Origin: an uncultured bacterium
GTDB lineage: Bacteria > Gemmatimonadota > Gemmatimonadetes > Gemmatimonadales > Gemmatimonadaceae
Length of the DNA stretch: 17,074 nucleotides
NCBI GenBank assembly: GCA_963978095.1
Contig: CAXBQP010000058.1
Coordinates: 1-17,074, forward strand
Reading direction: 5' to 3'
Positions within the stretch are counted from its first letter, which is position 1; each line of letters starts with the position of its first letter. The position numbers were made by a program, and so were the translations under genes. The notes below the pieces were generated by a model. That model was not told where the DNA came from and did not search any database. It was given only the letters and a program-made list of their open reading frames with translations. Positions 15,556 to 17,074 of the stretch are shown here, in pieces.

Positions 15556-17074
15556 ATGCGTCTCTCTCGTTTTGCTCGCGCCGTCGCCGTTGCGCTCGTC
15601 GCCCCCTCACACTCCCTGCTGGCGCAGGGCCCCGCCGACGCCGCCAAAGCCGCCAGCTCTGGCAGCGCTGCTTCGGCTCCCACCTTTGACGACAAGCTTT
15701 TCGGCGCGCTCAAGTATCGCATGATCGGCCCCGCCCGCGGCGGCCGCGTCACGACGATCACCGGCGTTCCGTCGCAGCCGACCACGTTCTACTTCGGGAG
15801 TACCGGCGGCGGGGTCTGGAAGACAACCGATGCGGGCGCGAACTGGACCAACATCAGCGACGGGCAGATTCCCCTGGGCTCGATGGGCGCCATCGAAGTC
15901 TCGCTCTCGAATCCGAGCGTGATCTACGCGGGTACCGGCAGCTCCAAGATCCGCAGCAACGTCTCGACCGGGCGCGGGATGTACAAGAGCACGGACGCCG
16001 GCAAGAGCTGGAAGTTCTCGGGGCTCCGTGATGTCGGCCAGATCAGCACCATCCGCGTGCATCCGACCAATCCGGACATCGCCTGGGTGGCGGCGCTCGG
16101 GAACGCCTTCGTACCGAATGTCGACCGCGGCATCTTCAAGACCACCGACGGCGGCAAGACGTGGCGGAAGGTGCTCTACGTGAGCGACAGCACCGGTGCG
16201 GCGGATGTCGAGCTGCAGCCGGGAAATCCCAACGTCCTCTTTGCCTCGATGTGGCACGGACAGCGCAAGCCGTGGACGATCGTCTCGGGCGCACGCGAAG
16301 GCGGCATCTACAAGAGCACCGACGGCGGCGAGCACTGGACGAAGCTCGGCGGCGGGCTCCCCACCGAGTTGTTCGGCCGCAGCAACGTCGCCATCAGCGC
16401 GGCCGACCCGAAGCGCGTCTACGCGCTCATCGAGGCCAAGCCCGGCGGCGGTGTGTACCGCTCCGACGACGAGGGCACGACCTGGAAGCTCGTGAACGGC
16501 GCGCAGACGCTCTGGACGCGTCCCTTCTACTACACGACGCTCGGCGTCGATCCGACCAACGCGGATATCGTCTACGTCGGCAACGAAGGGTGGTTCAAGA
16601 GCACCGACGGCTTCAAGACCTTCCAGACGGCGCGGGTGCCGCATGGCGACAACCACGACGTGTGGATCAACCCGACGAATCCGAAGATCATGATCCAGTC
16701 GAACGACGGCGGCGCCAACGTCTCGCTCGACGGTGGCACCAGCTGGAGTTCGCAGTACAATCAGCCCACTGCGGAGATCTACCAGGTGGCGCTGGACAAC
16801 CAGTTCCCGTACCGCGTGTACGGGGCGCAGCAGGACAACACGACCGTCATCGTCCCCTCGCTCCCGCTCGGCACGGGGATGCCCGACGAGTGGCGCACCG
16901 GACCGGGGTGCGAAACGGGGCCGATCATCCCGAACCGCGTGAACCCGACCATCGTATACGGGTCGTGCAAGGGACAGTTCAGCCGGATGAACATCATCTC
17001 GGGCGATGAGAAGCAGTACTGGGTGGGCGCGCAGTCGCTCTACGGCAATGGCGGCGCCGACCTGATCTTCCGCT
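15556..17074 (+). CDS. Exported BNR/Asp-box repeat beta-propeller protein (VPS10/sortilin-like, glycosyl-hydrolase-like), 3' truncated by the window end
   Basis: Not in the ORF track because there is no stop in the window. GGAG RBS; MRLSRFARAVAVALVAP...LKYRMIGPARGGRV; Asp-boxes KTTDAGANW, KSTDAGKSW, KTTDGGKTW, KSTDGGEHW, RSDDEGTTW, KSTDGFKTF and VSLDGGTSW; also PHGDNHDVWINP. Confidence 0.92.
   Translation, partial: MRLSRFARAVAVALVAPSHSLLAQGPADAAKAASSGSAASAPTFDDKLFGALKYRMIGPARGGRVTTITGVPSQPTTFYFGSTGGGVWKTTDAGANWTNISDGQIPLGSMGAIEVSLSNPSVIYAGTGSSKIRSNVSTGRGMYKSTDAGKSWKFSGLRDVGQISTIRVHPTNPDIAWVAALGNAFVPNVDRGIFKTTDGGKTWRKVLYVSDSTGAADVELQPGNPNVLFASMWHGQRKPWTIVSGAREGGIYKSTDGGEHWTKLGGGLPTELFGRSNVAISAADPKRVYALIEAKPGGGVYRSDDEGTTWKLVNGAQTLWTRPFYYTTLGVDPTNADIVYVGNEGWFKSTDGFKTFQTARVPHGDNHDVWINPTNPKIMIQSNDGGANVSLDGGTSWSSQYNQPTAEIYQVALDNQFPYRVYGAQQDNTTVIVPSLPLGTGMPDEWRTGPGCETGPIIPNRVNPTIVYGSCKGQFSRMNIISGDEKQYWVGAQSLYGNGGADLIFR

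Noticed and set aside
17062..17074. Window end CTGATCTTCCGCT loosely resembling an adapter
   Set aside because: Does not match GCTCTTCCGATCT and reads in frame as ...DLIFR of the propeller protein.

Overview
High-GC bacterial contig. Gene content (SusC/SusD pair, many exported hydrolases) suggests Gemmatimonadota or a similar lineage; this is inference. Bases 1-73 are not biological: they are an Illumina P7/TruSeq indexed adapter. The genes, left to right: an exported GGM-repeat/LTxxQ protein (-); an unannotated 41-aa membrane peptide coupled by an ATGA overlap to an OFA-family MFS transporter (-); a TPP riboswitch ahead of a probable thiamine TonB-dependent receptor, then an M28 peptidase and a MarR regulator (+); a small membrane protein and a penicillin-acylase-family Ntn hydrolase (-); a divergent SusC/SusD pair with a sigma70-like promoter, an operator-like palindrome, a structured leader and a strong terminator (+); an exported RNase Z-like MBL hydrolase; and a truncated BNR/VPS10 beta-propeller protein missing from the ORF track. 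I found no mobile element, CRISPR array, rRNA or tRNA. Mostly this is a nutrient-scavenging region, and the best leads are the small protein and the non-coding regulatory elements.
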